This document shows positions 12,506 to 25,819 of a stretch of DNA of 64,000 nucleotides, piece by piece. Both the position numbers and the translations under genes were made by a program. The stretch's first letter is position 1; every line of letters begins with the position of its first letter. The notes beneath the pieces were generated by a model that worked only from the letters and a program-made list of their open reading frames with translations, did no database searches and was not told where the DNA came from. The DNA is from the human T2T-CHM13v2.0 reference genome, Homo sapiens: the NCBI RefSeq assembly GCF_009914755.1, contig NC_060926.1; one strand, given 5' to 3'.

Positions 12506-15239
12506 TATTTAACTGCCTTTCTTACCTCTGTCCACTTGTCACTCTGTGATGACAATAAAGCATCAGTTGCCTGTAATATAACTAGAGAAATCTGAAGAAC
12601 CTTAGAGAAAATGGTCATTAGGAAGAGCTGTCCTGAATGATTGAGAGAATATTCATTGGACACCTAGCTGTTTTGTACCTGAGGTTGATAATGTGATATT
12701 TCTCAAGAAGCCCCAAATGGCTTTGGACCAGTTTATAATAAATGTGCTTTCCTTCAGTCATTTCAACCTGTTCCCTGGGATCATGTCAGGAGTGTGAGCT
12801 GTGCTGACCTGTATAAAGAGACATCACAACAGGTCAACAGAGATGAAACAGAGCTGAAGAAACAAGCTAGAGATGATGAATAGAATCAGCCTACACCCAG
12901 TGCTCACCCCGAGACAGGCTACAGCCAAGAAATCTCCATCACAAACCCAGTAAGTGCCAGGACCTTCCTCAGAAAGGGCAGCCTCCCAGTAATCAGAAAG
13001 ATATGCAAGGCTGCATCCTACCTGTCGCAAACCACCCAACAGAAGTAGTGTGCTACCAGGCAGAGGCTGGGGGCCTCTTGAGAGTGTGTCACTGGCAATG
13101 GGTGGGTGTCTAGGAAAGCCAGGATTTTGCGTAACAGGGCAACGAGCATCAGGCTCTATTGGCCACTCATGTAGAGTATGGCGCTAGCCATTCCAGCCTT
13201 CCAAAACAGTGGAAGCCCCAGCGGATTCAGGAAGATTCTGGAAGAACCATGATTACTCAGCTCTGGTGTCTACAGTTCAGCTTTAAGACTTTAGGCTTAA
13301 GACTCCTACTAACAACAAAGGTCCTCTGTCATAGCTGATCTAGAGCACTGAGCAGAAAAAGGAATTGTAGAATGCCTTGTGTGGGTGTGGTGACATTGAA
13401 AAGGCAAAAGTATATCAGCTGGGGTTCAAGGACAGAACAAACATAGTGAAAGCAAGGAAGACAGAGATAAATTTCCAAGTTGCTGAGCTGAGATTCCTTC
13501 ATTTGTCTTTGGCTTGCAGTGGTTGGGCAGCGCTCCATACACTAGGAATATAATGAGTATTTCTGCTTGTTAGAATTAGAGGGACCGAAGGACAGGAAGA
13601 AAGGATCAATGTTAGAAAAGCAATCATGAGTTACAGAGCAGCAGACTAGAGACCAATGTGACCACAGCAGGGACAAAGCAAGTTTCCAGCAGAGGGCAGA
13701 ATTAACCAGGATATCTGGATGCTGAGGCCATGGGAGGCAAGTCCAGCATGAGGAGTGAGCTGTTTAGAACCTGAAAGTAGAAGTGGATGGGCCCATTCAC
13801 AACGCATGCAAGTGTTGACAGGACTGAAGTGCACAAATGCAGAGGCAGAGTTCAGAGCAGATCAGTATGGACCGTAAGTATTTCCCTGACTTTTATTTTT
13901 TCACAGGCATTAGGAATGAGGTGGCCTCTTGGGGTGCACATCTCCATTTGGGAGTTAGAGTTGAATAGGGCATAATTGTCTGTCTTCTCTTGTTTTTTTG
14001 TTTTGTTTTGTTTTGTTTTGTTTCCTTGATTCTTAGCCTATTAATGGGGAAGAGACAGTCTGAATGCTTCCTTTAACCAATGACTCAGGAATGATGCCTT
14101 TGTGCATCACCTCCTCCTGTTTTTAATAAGGCCATTGGTCCAGACCTGGAGACTGAACGGTGTAGGTCCCCATGGATTTCTTTCAACTAAAACTTTGTAT
14201 TTTTAAAAAGCTTAATTGCGATCTTTTGAAGTGCCCAATTAAAGATTTAAAGAAATAATGAATATCCTGAGGTGGTCTGTCTGCCCTGGGGTTCCTCTGC
14301 AAATGAGGGACACATGTTTCTATTCAATTACAGGAAACATTTTAAAACTGGCTCTTTTATTTCCTGCTCCTCATCTCCAGTTCAATTTTTCTCTTCCATC
14401 ATTTTCTGCCCTTTCACCCTGCAGCTCTGAAGTTTGCTCTGACCAGCACTAGACCACTGCTTCCTCCTTTTGTTCTCTAAGAAACAACTGAGCCTTTGCT
14501 GGCGGAACAAACAAACAGCAGCATTCTTCAGTCCAGGGGTATTTTGAATCCTCCAGAAAAAAAGCTGGTGTGGTTACCCGTGAGCTGACTCAGGACATCT
14601 GCAAGACAGAGGTTTTACACAGCCAATCCATTTGAAGTGGTTTACATCAAGTGTCACCATTCCAATGATTAATTTTAGTCCTGAGGGTTTAAAATGTAAT
14701 TGGGGGGTTAACCTTCCATCCAGCCCTGCACTTGGTACAGAGTGGGCAGACTCCTTTTTTGCTCAGTGGTGGTTCTATGCTGGGCTTGACACCAGGCTCT
14801 GTTCCCTGTCGCCAGCCATACAGCAAGTCCCTTGAGATCAGGTCCTATGCATTCACACATTCATTAACTTTTGCTGTCTGCAAACACTTACTGAGTGCCT
14901 CCATGTGCTGGGTACTCTGTCAGGTGCTGGGGATTACCCGAAAAAGCCATTACCAAAGGAGGTATGGTTCTTACCCACATGGAGGTGTACAGACTTCTGG
15001 GAAAAGAGACAGTCAACTGTTCTATAAATGTCTAACTATAACACTGTGAGCACACAGTGCTATGAGTGTACAGTTTGATGTATTTGGGAGGTCAAAACAT
15101 TCCTATGAAGTAGCAATTTATCCAAGGTCTACATGTTAAGTAGGAATTAACTTGGTAAAAGAGAGGGTGGGGATAGCACTGGAGGGAGAAAGAGCAGCAA
15201 GTGGGAAGGCCTATGGTGGGATGACTCATGCACTCCAAA

Positions 15240-15430
15240 TGTTTCTCAACAGAGACATTATTGGGTGGAATTGTTACCTACATAGAAAAATATTTGGCAT
15301 TTTTACCTTCATCTGAGAAAGGCTAGGATCTGGGTCCCAACTTCTACCCTGCTTCTTATGACAACAAAATGATTCCCACATTTTGAAGCATCTCCAAGAC
15401 AGCTTTATACCTCCAGTTAGGAACCACTAC
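15240..15430. mobile_element. hAT-Charlie (MER20/MER5-like) remnant
   Basis: Termini gtttctcaac ... gttaggaaccact. Confidence 0.4.
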
Positions 15431-16372
15431 ATTGGGCTCTAAAAAGCCCTTTGTCTTTGAAGGTGACTGGCAGGATTGTAAAAAAGGAATTGGTATGAAA
15501 TAACTTGGAAAGAATGGTGGTACCCAGATCTCTTAGCCCTCTTAGGGAGTGGATAAGTAGGTCAGTTCTTCAGAAATTGATTCCTAGAGTCAATTCTTCT
15601 AAACCGGTGAGCCACTTACCTCACAACCAGTTGGACTGATCACTGAGAGTTTTAGTCTTGCCCCTGTCTCTGTGTTTGTTCTTCGCTCTGCTGTTTACCT
15701 CTGTATATGTTTCGGATCTGCTGTTTTGTGACCATGAACAAGAGCTCACAAGAGGGTAGGGGCAGATTCAAGGTCAAATGACAAAGAAGGAACAAACAGA
15801 AAATAGAAAACTACAAAATAAATCCTCATAATTCAGCAAATGGCTTTTGATGAACTGATATTCAGTTAACTGACCCAGAACCACATTGTCTACCATCTTA
15901 AAGTGGGCATCTTTCTGATAAAAGCAATGGGAAGGTGGAAGGAAAGGTGTTAACTCAGTAGGTTAGTTGCAGCATGGAAAATGGACTGGAAAAAGTAAGA
16001 GCAGATCCAAGAACACCAGTTAGGAGGTTAGCATAATAGCACACATGAGAAACAATGGTAGCTTAGACCAAGTTGATAGATAGAGAAGTGGATGAATTCC
16101 ATAGACATTTAGGGGGTAAAATGGACAAAAATGGGTGATGACATGAGGGTAATAAAGACAAATGTGTAAAGCTTGGTGGTAGTGACATGGACGTAGAGAG
16201 AGAATACTGGAAGATGGCCATATCTGAATGGGAGATATCATTAATTTGGTTTTGCAGATGTGTTTTAAAGTATCCAAGAAGGTATATCTTGTAGTTGTAC
16301 AACACAGTCTAGGGCTCAAAGAAGACAGCTGGTTTAGAAACATAAATTTAGGTAGCCCCTGCATATAGATGA

Positions 16373-16739
16373 TGTATTAGCTTGTTGGGCCTGTCTTAAC
16401 AAAGTATGAATTGAGTGGCTTAAATAACAGATTTACATCCTCATAGTTCTGGAGGCTAGAAGTCCAAGATCAAGGCCTTGGCAGGTTGATTCCGAGGCTT
16501 CACTCCTAGGCTTGAAACTGGTCATCTTCTTTCAGTGCCTTCATATGTTCTTCCCTTGGTGCCGATATCCTCTTTTTATAAGGACAGTGGTCGTATTGAA
16601 TTAGAGCCAACCCATACAATCTCATTTTACTTTAACTTCTCTTCAATGCTTCTACTTCCACATACAGTAATAGCCTGATACACTTGGGTTTAGGATTTCA
16701 ACATATAGATTTTGGTAGGATACAATTCAGCTCACAAGA
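16373..16739 (-). mobile_element. MLT1A/B-like MaLR solo LTR
   Basis: tgtattag...catagttctggaggctagaagtccaagatcaagg...ttaggatttcaacatat...acaattcag. Confidence 0.88.
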
Positions 16740-17950
16740 GATAGCAATTAAAGCTGGAGATGTGGTGTAATTTTGCTTAGAGGAAGAATATATAGTAAAA
16801 GGAGAGGGTCTAAGACCTCTAAAGTTTAATTTTCAAAAAGAAAATAGTGGAAGATAAATCCCTAACAAAGAAATCCCTAGGTCATGGAAGCCAAGGGAAT
16901 TGAGTGTCTTCAAAAGTAGGCAGTTGTGAAACTGTGAAAATTTGATGAAAAATCATATAGAATGAGGATTGACAAGGAATCCTGCTTTCTGTCTTATTTA
17001 CTCACTGCCTAGCTTGGTGACTGGCACCTAGTGAGCATGTAGTACTAAATTAATTATGTATTGCCATATTTGAGTATACAGTGGGGAGAAGAAAAGGAGA
17101 GGGAATGTTGGGTATCACAGAAATGGCTAACCACATCTGTGCCAACTTGAATAGGATGAACATCTCAGATCATCAGTCCCAAATTATATAAAATAAGTTG
17201 AATGATGTCTATCTCACAGGGTTGACCGAGATTATATGCCTGACGAGGATATCAAAGACACATTGTGACTATTATTCAAGCTTCCCATTAAAATACATTA
17301 ACTTTAGGCTAGAAAATTGTCTCAGATTGGCTAGAAGTAGAAAAAAACAGAAAGTGAATCCATATCAAGCCACATTCTTACTACAGAACAAAATGGATTA
17401 GATCTAGAAAGGCTGTTTTCACATGTGAATTTCAAAATGCGTCAAAGGCTGAGACAGGACTCTGCTGCAGTGTGAGAGAAGGCAGACAATAGCAATGAGA
17501 CAAGAGGGGACATATGGACAACTCACTGTCACTAATGTCTGTGTAGGAGAGTCTAATTTTACAATCACATGAAAAATAAACATACCCAGAAATGAAATAT
17601 CTGATTTATCTTATTTATATGTGTGTGTATATATATAAAACCCAGATATGCATGTATCTTTCTCTGAGTGAATACTCTAACCCCTTGATAGGGGAACAGT
17701 CTCATGTAAGGACACCAGAAGCAAAAGGGCCTCTTGCCATGTTGCTTTATGTTTAGGCAAAATTTAGAGTCACATGTCAATTAGTAAACTGATTATAAAG
17801 CCATAGAAGTCTGTGACCCTTTTCCTGTATTTCTCTGCCTTGGTGTCAATATTTCCACATCTGGGTACCCAGAATACTCCTGACATCCAGAATAAAACAA
17901 AATGAGGAAAGGGAGAAAAAAACAAAAAGAGGAAAGGGAGAAAATGTTAC

Positions 17951-18245
<295 letters not shown>

Positions 18246-18269
18246 TGATACTTTTGAATCTTTATTATA

Positions 18270-18420
18270 GGTCAAATACTATGGTGAGAGTTTTCATATA
18301 ATACCTTATTTAGTCTTACCATCAATATTTGAGGAAACTTTCCTAGTCTCCACTTTACAGGCAATGAAACTGGGGATTTGAAATGTTAACTTATCCCAGT
18401 TCACAGAATAAGTCAGTGTG
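18270..18420 (-). mobile_element. MIR fragment
   Basis: ctccactttacaggcaatgaaactgggg...gttaacttatcccagttcacag is the MIR core. Confidence 0.6.
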
Positions 18421-18430
18421 ACCTCGATAT

Positions 18431-18674
18431 GGTGATGTGCTGGGGCTGGCTCCTGCCGACTCTCCAATTTGTGCTTCTCTTCCCAAATCCACGTTCAATG
18501 GTCACTCAACAATGGCCTAGGTAAAAGCTCAAAACTGGCCTAGGTAAAAGTGTTTATACCATGAAAAAAGAAAATGCTACAGATGAGTGTTTTTTTTTTA
18601 TTTTTTAAATTTATTTTTATTCATTTATTTTTTTTCCAGAGAGCTGGTTACTAAGCATTTACCAGAATCCCCTG
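18431..18674 (+). mobile_element. MER63A-like hAT MITE
   Basis: gtgatgtgctggggctggctc ... gagagctggttactaagcatttaccagaatcccctg. Confidence 0.7.
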
Positions 18675-19099
18675 ACTGAGATTAGGAGCAAATCCATGCT
18701 CTCGCCAATCTATTATCATTGGGGGTGACAAGGTGGAGGCTTTTTCTCCACATTATTCTATTAGACTGAAATCTGCCCTGAGGTGGCAGAGACTAAAGCG
18801 TCATCATCATTACTTAAGAATTGAATTATCTGCTTTATTTCACAATGCCCACATTTGAATTAACTCTCATCTCTTATATGAACTTTTGCAGGTCTGTGCC
18901 ACACTCTAAACCTACATAGAATCAATGAAACTCACCAACCTTAATAAAGTGTTTGTTAATGGAACCAGTTTACTCGACTCAGGACCTAGGTTAGATAGGT
19001 GGGTGAAGACTCATGAATGTGGCCAATGGAAAGTCACCCACTGAAACAAAGCCAGATGGCAAGAATTTACCAAAAGGCTCCAAGAAAAAATAAATCAGA

Positions 19100-19290
19100 A
19101 TATTAATAGCTGACATTTGTGAAACACTTATATGGCAGAAATTATTCCGAGGAATTTACACAAATTAACACATTTAATCCTTGCAATAATCCCATGAGAC
19201 AAATATTATGAAACTCTGTCTTACAGATCCAGTATCTGAAGCCCAAAGAGCACAAACAGCTGGCAATGAGCTCAGCCATGATGTGTGCTC
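19100..19290 (-). mobile_element. MIR fragment
   Basis: taatagctgacatttgtgaaacactta...catttaatccttgcaataatcccatgag. Confidence 0.65.
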
Positions 19291-19577
19291 TCAGCTGCTA
19301 ACAGAGATCCTGGCACATAGGGGTCCTCATTGATATTAACTGAAATGCACACAAGGCCAGATGTGCAGCACAGGTTTCCTGGACTTTTCTTCTTTGTGGC
19401 AGTTTCTGCAGTATATTTTCCAAAGGGTGATTTTCATAAATTAATTTCAAATCTCTGCTTGTCATTCTAATCTGACCCATCTTAAGATGGCATCTGATAA
19501 AGTTGGGAAAGAAACATAGGGATAAAGTATGTGATGTTTCTTGTAATACAAAAGAAAATAAACAAAAATATTTAAGC

Positions 19578-19712
19578 AGATCTGTCTATCTATCTATACA
19601 TCAATCCATCCATATATATATCTGCTTAAATATTTCTGTTTATATGTATATCTATCACCTATCTACCTATCTATATACATATATATGAAGAGAGAGAGAG
19701 AAAGACAGAGAT
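19578..19712. repeat. Degenerate (TCTA)/(TA)/(GA) microsatellite
   Basis: Seen directly. Confidence 0.8.
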
Positions 19713-20645
19713 ACTTCTCAGATATTTATTTATTTATCATCTGTTGTCTCTTACTGTCTGGCATCCATTTTCAAAATGGACCTCCACAAAAGTCAAAATT
19801 CAGTACATTGGCCTTGCAAAATATTGTGATACAAAGCCAGTCCTCAAGGAATGGGGCATAACTGCCCACTGGGAGGCACAGGGCTTCACCATGCATCTCT
19901 GAACTACTGACTTGGGTCAGCCTCATGAAATATAAAAGGAAATCTTTCAGTTGGTTTAGCCCCCAGGAAGAGAGCTTCAATGCCAAAAAGCTTCTCCTTC
20001 TGTGCCTGCTTTGAGTTTCCTCTTTCCAGTGAGTCTAAGAGGCTGGGGAGTGGAGTTTGGGTGATACTTCCCGGGACCTGCGATAAGTCCCTCCCTTGAT
20101 CTGGGTCTCCACTTCCTCATCTTTAGTAGACTTATAAGAAATGGTGATAAGATAATCTCTAAGATTTCCTTCAAATATAAGATTTTATAATTCAAAGAGT
20201 CTACTATGCTGTCCATGCGGAAATGTTAGTTGTTGCCTGTAAGCAATCGTGTTGCCTTGGCCTAAACAGGTCTTTATTTCCAGGAATATCCTCACCATGA
20301 CAACCATCGATTTCAATGTGGCTGATGGGCTGCTTTCTTAAAGTCCAGTGATTTTAGGACTTCAGAAATTAGGTGATAAGCTAGAGTAGACATCGACCAC
20401 TGCCTTTGTTCTCTAGGAGCCCTGGTATTGTAGTAGTGTTTGTAAAAGTCTGCTTGATGTCTTTAAGAAAAATATCAATCCCTTTTTCTTCTAGCACTAC
20501 TGATATTTTTCTCCAACTAGAGAAAAATAACTTTATATCCAAAGTTACATCATGAGAATGCCATCTTTGCTGGTAACAAACCTTTTCTTGCTTAATTAGG
20601 ACAGCCTGAAGTCTGTGTGAAGAAGAAAGTATAAAATAACCAAAC

Positions 20646-20965
20646 TTTTTTTTTTTTTTTTTGAGACGGAGTCTCACTCTGTCACCCAGGCTGGAGTGAG
20701 TGCAGTGGTGTGATCTTGGCTCACTGAAACCTCTGCCTCCTGGGCTCAAGCAATTCTCCTGCCTTAGCCTCTCAAGTAGCTGGGACTACAGGTGCCTGCC
20801 CCTTGCCTGGATAATATATTTTTCTTTTTTTTTTTCGTATTTTCAGTAGAGATGAGGTTTCACCATGTTGGCCAGGCTGGTCTCAAACTCCCGACCTCAG
20901 ATAATCCGCCAGCTTCAGCTTCCCACAAGTGCTGGGATTACAGGCATGAGCCACCATGCCTGGCC
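20646..20965 (-). mobile_element. AluS
   Basis: Poly-T followed by gagacggagtctcactctg...gagccaccatgcctggcc. Confidence 0.93.
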
Positions 20966-20984
20966 AGAAGATTTTGATTTCTGA

Positions 20985-21222
20985 AATATTCTCTCTTCCT
21001 CTCTCAATCAGTGTCCCACTTTCTTCTTCTTACATCTTCACACTTTCCCCCACCTATCCTTATTTCTCTTTCTCATCTTTGCCTTCCATCTCTCTCTGTG
21101 CCTCTCTCACTCCTGCTCTGTTTGCTTATCCCAAATCCTCTTAATCTCTGTCTAATCTCTTTCTTCTTCTTATACTGACTGCTTCTTTTTTCTTTTATTT
21201 TTCATCCTGTTTCTTCCTGCCA
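20985..21222. repeat. CT-rich low-complexity polypyrimidine tract
   Basis: About 240 bp dominated by C and T on the + strand. Confidence 0.8.
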
Positions 21223-22150
21223 GCTCATGTTTAACAAGAATAACCCCTGTAACATGACATTCTTTATAAGTGAAGTGATTTAAAAAAAACTTTCTTAGAT
21301 GTAGCTCATTATTTTGGGAAATCATGTCTATAACTCGCAATTCAACAAGGATTGAGTTTGTGCAGTATGACAGAGACCATGTTGAGTGCTGAAGTTTTAT
21401 GAAGACAAATAATTCACAGCCCTCTATTAAGAATCTGAAGCAGGTGGCTGGGGGGACATATGTAACTGTTTTGATTGAGGAGTCGAAGTGTGTGATGGAT
21501 AATTTTGAAGAGTTTTTATTTTTTTCAGTAGCATCCACAATTGTGCTCTGCCAGTCTCCCTTTTGCTGCTGAAAGTTAGACTCATTTAGTGTCATGTCTA
21601 CCCCATAGGGTTTAGTTGACATTTATTGCTTTATATTTTCTAAATAAAAGCCTTGGTACTAAATGTTTTCTCAGCAGTTGCAGATTCATTCACCATAACA
21701 ATGCCTGTTGTACCATGATGGAGATATTTCCAATTTTAATTCATTTTGAACCAAGCATGAGAAAAATTATATGCAAGAGTTAAATATGTTCTGCCATTCA
21801 ACTGCTAAAAGTTGAAAAGAGCTATAACCTAATATCTCCATGCATACGAAATGAATTCACAGATTTGCACGTAAAATAAACTGAAATTCTGACCTTTCTT
21901 CTCAGTCTATAGGTTGTCTTCTCTGCCTGGGCTATGCTCTCTTATGATAATTCTTTATATTAACGCATCAAGCAATGAGCCCACAGGGTGAGTTAGGTTT
22001 CAGCCTAGGTCAACTATGTCTTACAAACATACACAAATTTTGCCTGTAAATAACTGACTGGTAGATGCATGCCTATATATAACTCAGTATCGTATTGGTA
22101 TCTAAGACAGACAGGCTGGAACCAAGTTTTGTTACCAAACCCATTATCAA

Positions 22151-22720
22151 TGTATTAGTCAGAGTTCTCCAGAGAACTCTGTATTAGTCTCTCTCCAGAG
22201 GAAGTGTCAATAAGCACTGTTATATGTGTAGTATATATGTATATTTATTGAGAGAGACAGAAAAATATTTATTATGAGAGATTGCTTCACTCTATTATGG
22301 AGGCTGAGAAGCCCCACAGTCTCCTCTCTGCAAGTTGGAGGCCTAGGAAATCCAGTGGTGTGGCTTTAGTCCAATCCCAAAGGCCTGAAAACCAGGAGAG
22401 CAAAAAGTGTAAGTACCAGTCTGAGCCTGCAGGTCCGAGGACCAGGAAAATGATGTCCAATGATAGGAAAAGAAGGAAGTCCCCGCTCAAGCAGAGACTG
22501 AATTTGCCCTTCCTCTGCCTTTTTGTTCTATTCAGACCCTGCATGGATTGGATGATGTCCGTCTGTATTGATGGGGATGATCTTTACTCAGTCAACTAAC
22601 TCAAACACTCATCTCTTCTGGCAACACCCTCATGGACACATCCAGAAAGAAGGTTTTTCAGCTACCTGGTCATTCCTTACCCCCAGGCATGTTTACACAT
22701 AAAATTAACGTCCATAACCA
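22151..22720 (-). mobile_element. MLT2B-like ERVL solo LTR
   Basis: tgtattagtcagagttctccagagaa...attatggaggctgagaagccccacag...acacataaaattaac. Confidence 0.88.
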
Positions 22721-24601
22721 GTCATTCAGCGTGTACCTGGCATGTGCTTCCTGCAATTGTTCCAATCTGACCATGTAGCCTACAGCACATGCTATATGAG
22801 GCCTTATGGATTGCAAGCTCTTGGACACTTACTTCCCATTCGATGTATAAAAACCCAACAGCCCAGACATAGGGAGGCTGCTGGCATCTGGCATCTCTCT
22901 CTCTCTCTTTTTTTTTTCTTTGATCTTTCAACGAGTGAATAGTGTTAGGTGCACATTGGTTCTTAAAATAAGATATATAAGTGAACAGGACATGACCTGT
23001 GACAAAACAGGCTGACAAAGGTTTTTATGGAATTACGAATAAGCTTGTGCAGGAGGCAGAGAAGGGTCCCTAAATGAACAAGGTGGTCAGATGTGATACC
23101 TATTCTGATTATAACAGGGAAGAGGGAATTATACAAACCAAAAGACAGAAAATACATTTCAGAAAACTGAAGCAAGTGTGAGAAGAGGAGGAAGAGGGGG
23201 CGACTAATAATATTTGAGTTTGAATAAAATAGATCCTGATACAGAGACTCAACGTCAGATTATTTTCCTCTCTCATGATTATAGATAGATATAGGGATAA
23301 ATATATTTCCTTAATTGGGCAAGGGATCGTGTTATTCTATACTCACTGACAAGAAAAAAAGAAATAAAAGTAACTCTTCAGGAGATTATTCTGTGAGAGC
23401 AACCACCCAGCTCACATCCCACTAGACAAAAGTGTTTCTCTAAATATCATCAGCTCCCAATGAGAGATGTTACCAAGGGCATTAAAAATGAGAAAACCTA
23501 TACTTTTTGATAAGGGCCACTGGGCATACTAGCTTCATCAAATTTGAACTTCGTTGTGTAGCTTTTTTGGAGAATGGGATTCCTGAAAACAGCCATACAC
23601 AGATAATTTAATGAACCAAATTCATGTCCTTCAAGTACCTGATTTGAAATCTAGTGTTATGCCTCTTGCATCTGATAAATCCTTCCCTCTGTCACAACCA
23701 ATTAATTTCAGGAAGGAACTCCTTCCTTGCACTGGATAGCAGAATGCAATGCCGGCTATCACTCAAATGTTATTTTTTTAATGAATGAGATCAATAACCA
23801 CAGCAGAAAGGGTAATGCTAGGGCAGCTGGTTTGGTGGGGCTAAAGGAAGATCTGGGACAAATAGATCGTACACTCTTGTTTTCCTTTGTCCTTTTCTGC
23901 TGCTGATCTGACAGGTGGCAGACTCGGAAGATGCTGAGTCTTGCTTGCCTCTGGGTCCTGCTGGATTGGCAGAGATAATGAAGCATGTTCTTTACCATTG
24001 TTCATCACTAGACTCCTTAAACATGTTAATGGACTTCTACATTCGCTGAATATCCTGTGCATATCTCTTGTTATAGGAGGACATGAGGCATAGAGGATTC
24101 CAATACACCAAATTCATCGAACTGATATTTTAAGGCAAGCATAGGCAAAAGTTTCCTAAGGACAAGATACTTCTTATTTACTGGAAAATCTGAAATAAAG
24201 ACTGAATTCCATTTAAGAGGAGAATTGTTGGTGTTTATGTGTGTGGATGCTGTTATCAGTGGAGGAGTTTAATATCCCTCCTTCTGGTCGTATTTCACAG
24301 ATCACGGTAGTTCAACAAAGGAGTACTAAAGAATAGAACTTATGTAGCATCAGGACAGTGGGTGCAACAGTAAGTCTGGGAAACAAAGGCAAAATAAATT
24401 AGACAAATTTTTTTTGAAAGCAATTTGATAATGTGCATCAGAAATCTTCAAATGATTATGCAGTTTCATTCAGTAATTCCACTTTTGGAAATTGACCTTA
24501 AAGAAATAATCATATACAAAAATAAAAATGTAATCACAGAAGTTCATTATGGCATTATTTCAACAAGGAAAATTGAAAATAACCTAGATCATTTTAACAG
24601 C

Positions 24602-24902
24602 TTTTTTTTTTTTTTTTTTTTTTTTTTTGAGACATGGTCTCACTCTGTTGCCCAAGCTGCAGTGAAAGGGCATAATCACGACTCACTGCAGCCTCTACCT
24701 GCCTGGGCTCAGGTGATCCTCCCACCTCAGACTTCAGCCTCCCAAGTAGTTGGGACCACAGGCACATGCAACCACACCAAGCTAATTTTTGTATTTTGTG
24801 TAGAGATAGGGTTTTGCCATGTTACCCAGGCTGGTCTTGAACTCCTGGGCTTAAGTGGCCCAAAGTGCTGGGATTACAGGTGTGGATCACCACACCCTGG
24901 CC
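24602..24902 (-). mobile_element. AluJ within an old L1ME-like fragment (~24400-24600)
   Basis: Poly-T tail, ctgggctcaggtgatcctcccacctcag; internal deletion before ccaaagtgctggg. Confidence 0.9.
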
Positions 24903-25139
24903 ACCAATATAATTTTGACTGGAAAGAGCTAGATGTAAATTTGTGCATGCAGCGTGTGTGTGAGTGAATATGTGTATGTGGAGACAGAGAATGCAAAGAA
25001 ATGCATCATTATAATTTTACCAACAATATTCTATGAGTGCTTGATTTTGGCTTCTTTTGTTTTCCTCTGTAGCCTTTTTACCCCTAATTTACAAATCATT
25101 ACCATAAGTATTTTATAGTTTTACACTTAGATAAAGTCA

Positions 25140-25535
25140 ACAGTTTGGCAGTATTTGTCCCCATTTACCTGCTGTTCTTGCCTAAGAGTGCTTTACTTCC
25201 TTGTCTCATGGGTGCCATGTTTGGGCATGTGACACACCTTGGTCGTGGGATGAGAGCAGAAGTGGCCCATCTCACTGTTGAGAAGGAACTCTCATAGCCT
25301 CTAGTGTTCTGCTGTGTCTCAGTTCTCCTAGACCTGACAACAGCATGCGTCAGTGTCCGAGAGAGGTGCATTGCCTTTAACCTGTATCTCAGATTAAAGA
25401 AGACATGGAGCACATCAACAGGTGACCCCCACTGGAAGACATAAGCCATCAATGGGAATCCAGCCTTTTTGTTGTAAGCCACTGGGAATTGAGGATTGTT
25501 TGTTACCTAGCCCAAAAAAAGATACCTAACTAATA
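25140..25535 (+). mobile_element. Old MLT1 (H-J-like) LTR
   Basis: 3' end gttgtaagccactgggaattgaggattgtttgttac...cctaactaata. Confidence 0.6.
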
Positions 25536-25819
25536 TGGTCTATTTAGATATATTTATATAATATTTTCCATTTTAAAAATTAAGTAATAATTAATTAGCT
25601 GTTTATCTGAAGCAATTAATTATCATTAATATCACAGACCTGAATATAGACAGGTTCATATGTCCCAAAAGTAAAAAAAAAAATAAACAAACAAAACTTT
25701 GCCTAGTTTTTCAATTTTCCTGATCAGATACATGAACGAATACTGTTTATGCTCTGTCTTCACTTTTTGCCTTTATTTCTCAATTCCTGTAAATGTAACT
25801 TCTGCTCATGCCAATATAG

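Larger units (their letters stand above)
14850..16980 (-). mobile_element. Fragmented L2 hosting later insertions
   Basis: cattcatt...caaacacttactgagtgcctccatgtgctgggtactctg is the L2 3' end in antisense; purine-rich L2 body at 15930-16370 and 16740-16980. Confidence 0.7.

Noticed and set aside
18513-18550. 15-bp direct repeat tggcctaggtaaaag, plus short duplications near 45415, 48355 and 60733
   Set aside because: Ordinary local slippage duplications with no larger organisation
24425-24967. 180-aa ORF, and similar ORFs at 7509, 11657, 17994, 20381, 30181 and 43034
   Set aside because: Typical Alu-derived translations with poly-F or poly-K from the tails
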